Origin: Podarcis erhardii | Lineage: Eukaryota | Assembly (NCBI GenBank): GCA_964252035.1 | Contig: OZ176214.1 | Direction: 5' to 3' (one strand) | DNA length: 64,000 nucleotides | Part shown: one piece after another, positions 63,467 through 64,000 of the stretch | Position numbering within the stretch: position 1 is the first letter of the stretch | How the letters are laid out: every line of letters begins with the position of its first letter | Position numbers and translations under genes: made by a program | Notes under the pieces: model-generated | What the model was told of the DNA's origin: nothing | Seen by the model: the letters and a program-made list of their open reading frames with translations, nothing else | Database searches by the model: none

Positions 63467-63694
63467 CTACAGGAAAGCAAAGCAAAGTTGTTATGATCTG
63501 TGGTGGCTGGTAGGGAGGAAGACAGGGAGTCCAACAGTAGGTGGAGCTAGAGCCAATAAAGGCATAACCAACTCACTCTAGTTTTCCCAGTTTTGCCCTC
63601 TTCCTTCTTCCTGATGGACAACAAGGACAACACTGAGGGCTGATCCAGACTTCCTTTTTTGCCATGTTTCAAGGCACAGTTCCCTGCTTTAAAG

Positions 63695-63830
63695 CAGGCA
63701 CCCCCAAACTCGGCCCTCCAGATGTTTTGGGACTACAACCTCCATTATTCCTAGCTAACTTGACCAGTGGTCAGGGATGATGGGAATTGTAGTCCCAAAA
63801 CATCTACAGGGCCGAGTTTGGGGGTGCTTG
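63695..63830. mobile_element. Palindromic hAT-type MITE
   Basis: CAGGCACCCCCAAACTCGGCCC...GGGCCGAGTTTGGGGGTGCTTG foldback; near-identical 8-bp flanks CTTTAAAG / CTTAAAAG. Confidence 0.85.
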
Positions 63831-64000
63831 CTTAAAAGTTCTGTGTCCAAGTACCTTTCTTTCCTTTTTTTGGCCCGGTGCTTTCCATGTGAAAAACTGT
63901 TTTTTACCACTGAATCAGAGCAAACGGCTATCTGCGTAAAAATCCGAATTGCCATTTGTTCCAAGTCAGTGTTAAAGAGTGGGTTTCCTCATACACTATA

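Overview
Vertebrate genomic DNA, most likely a lacertid lizard (inferred from Sauria-type SINEs and squamate MITE families). The gene order is VSIG1 (last two coding exons, +), PSMD10/gankyrin (complete, 5 exons, -, 227 aa), ATG4A (complete, 13 exons, +, 385 aa as modelled; head-to-head with PSMD10 on a shared CpG island) and the 3' 15 exons of COL4A6 (-, including the full NC1 domain). I read all exon boundaries by hand as GT-AG with consistent phases. Gene identities rest on my recollection of vertebrate orthologues, not on a database search. Most entries in the supplied ORF track are spurious. The most interesting signals are non-coding or regulatory: (1) a Penelope-like 101-bp perfect inverted repeat with two minimal hammerhead-ribozyme cores, inserted in a (TA)n tract in ATG4A intron 12; (2) two hAT elements and two Tc1/mariner-type elements that share termini but carry unrelated cargo (a CpG-rich 5'UTR-like segment, a 25-bp perfect hairpin, a 108-bp double-hairpin minisatellite); (3) an apparent loss of the ancestral ATG4A exon-2 acceptor, together with an overlapping uORF that stops exactly at the new junction. 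I found no wholly new multi-gene system.
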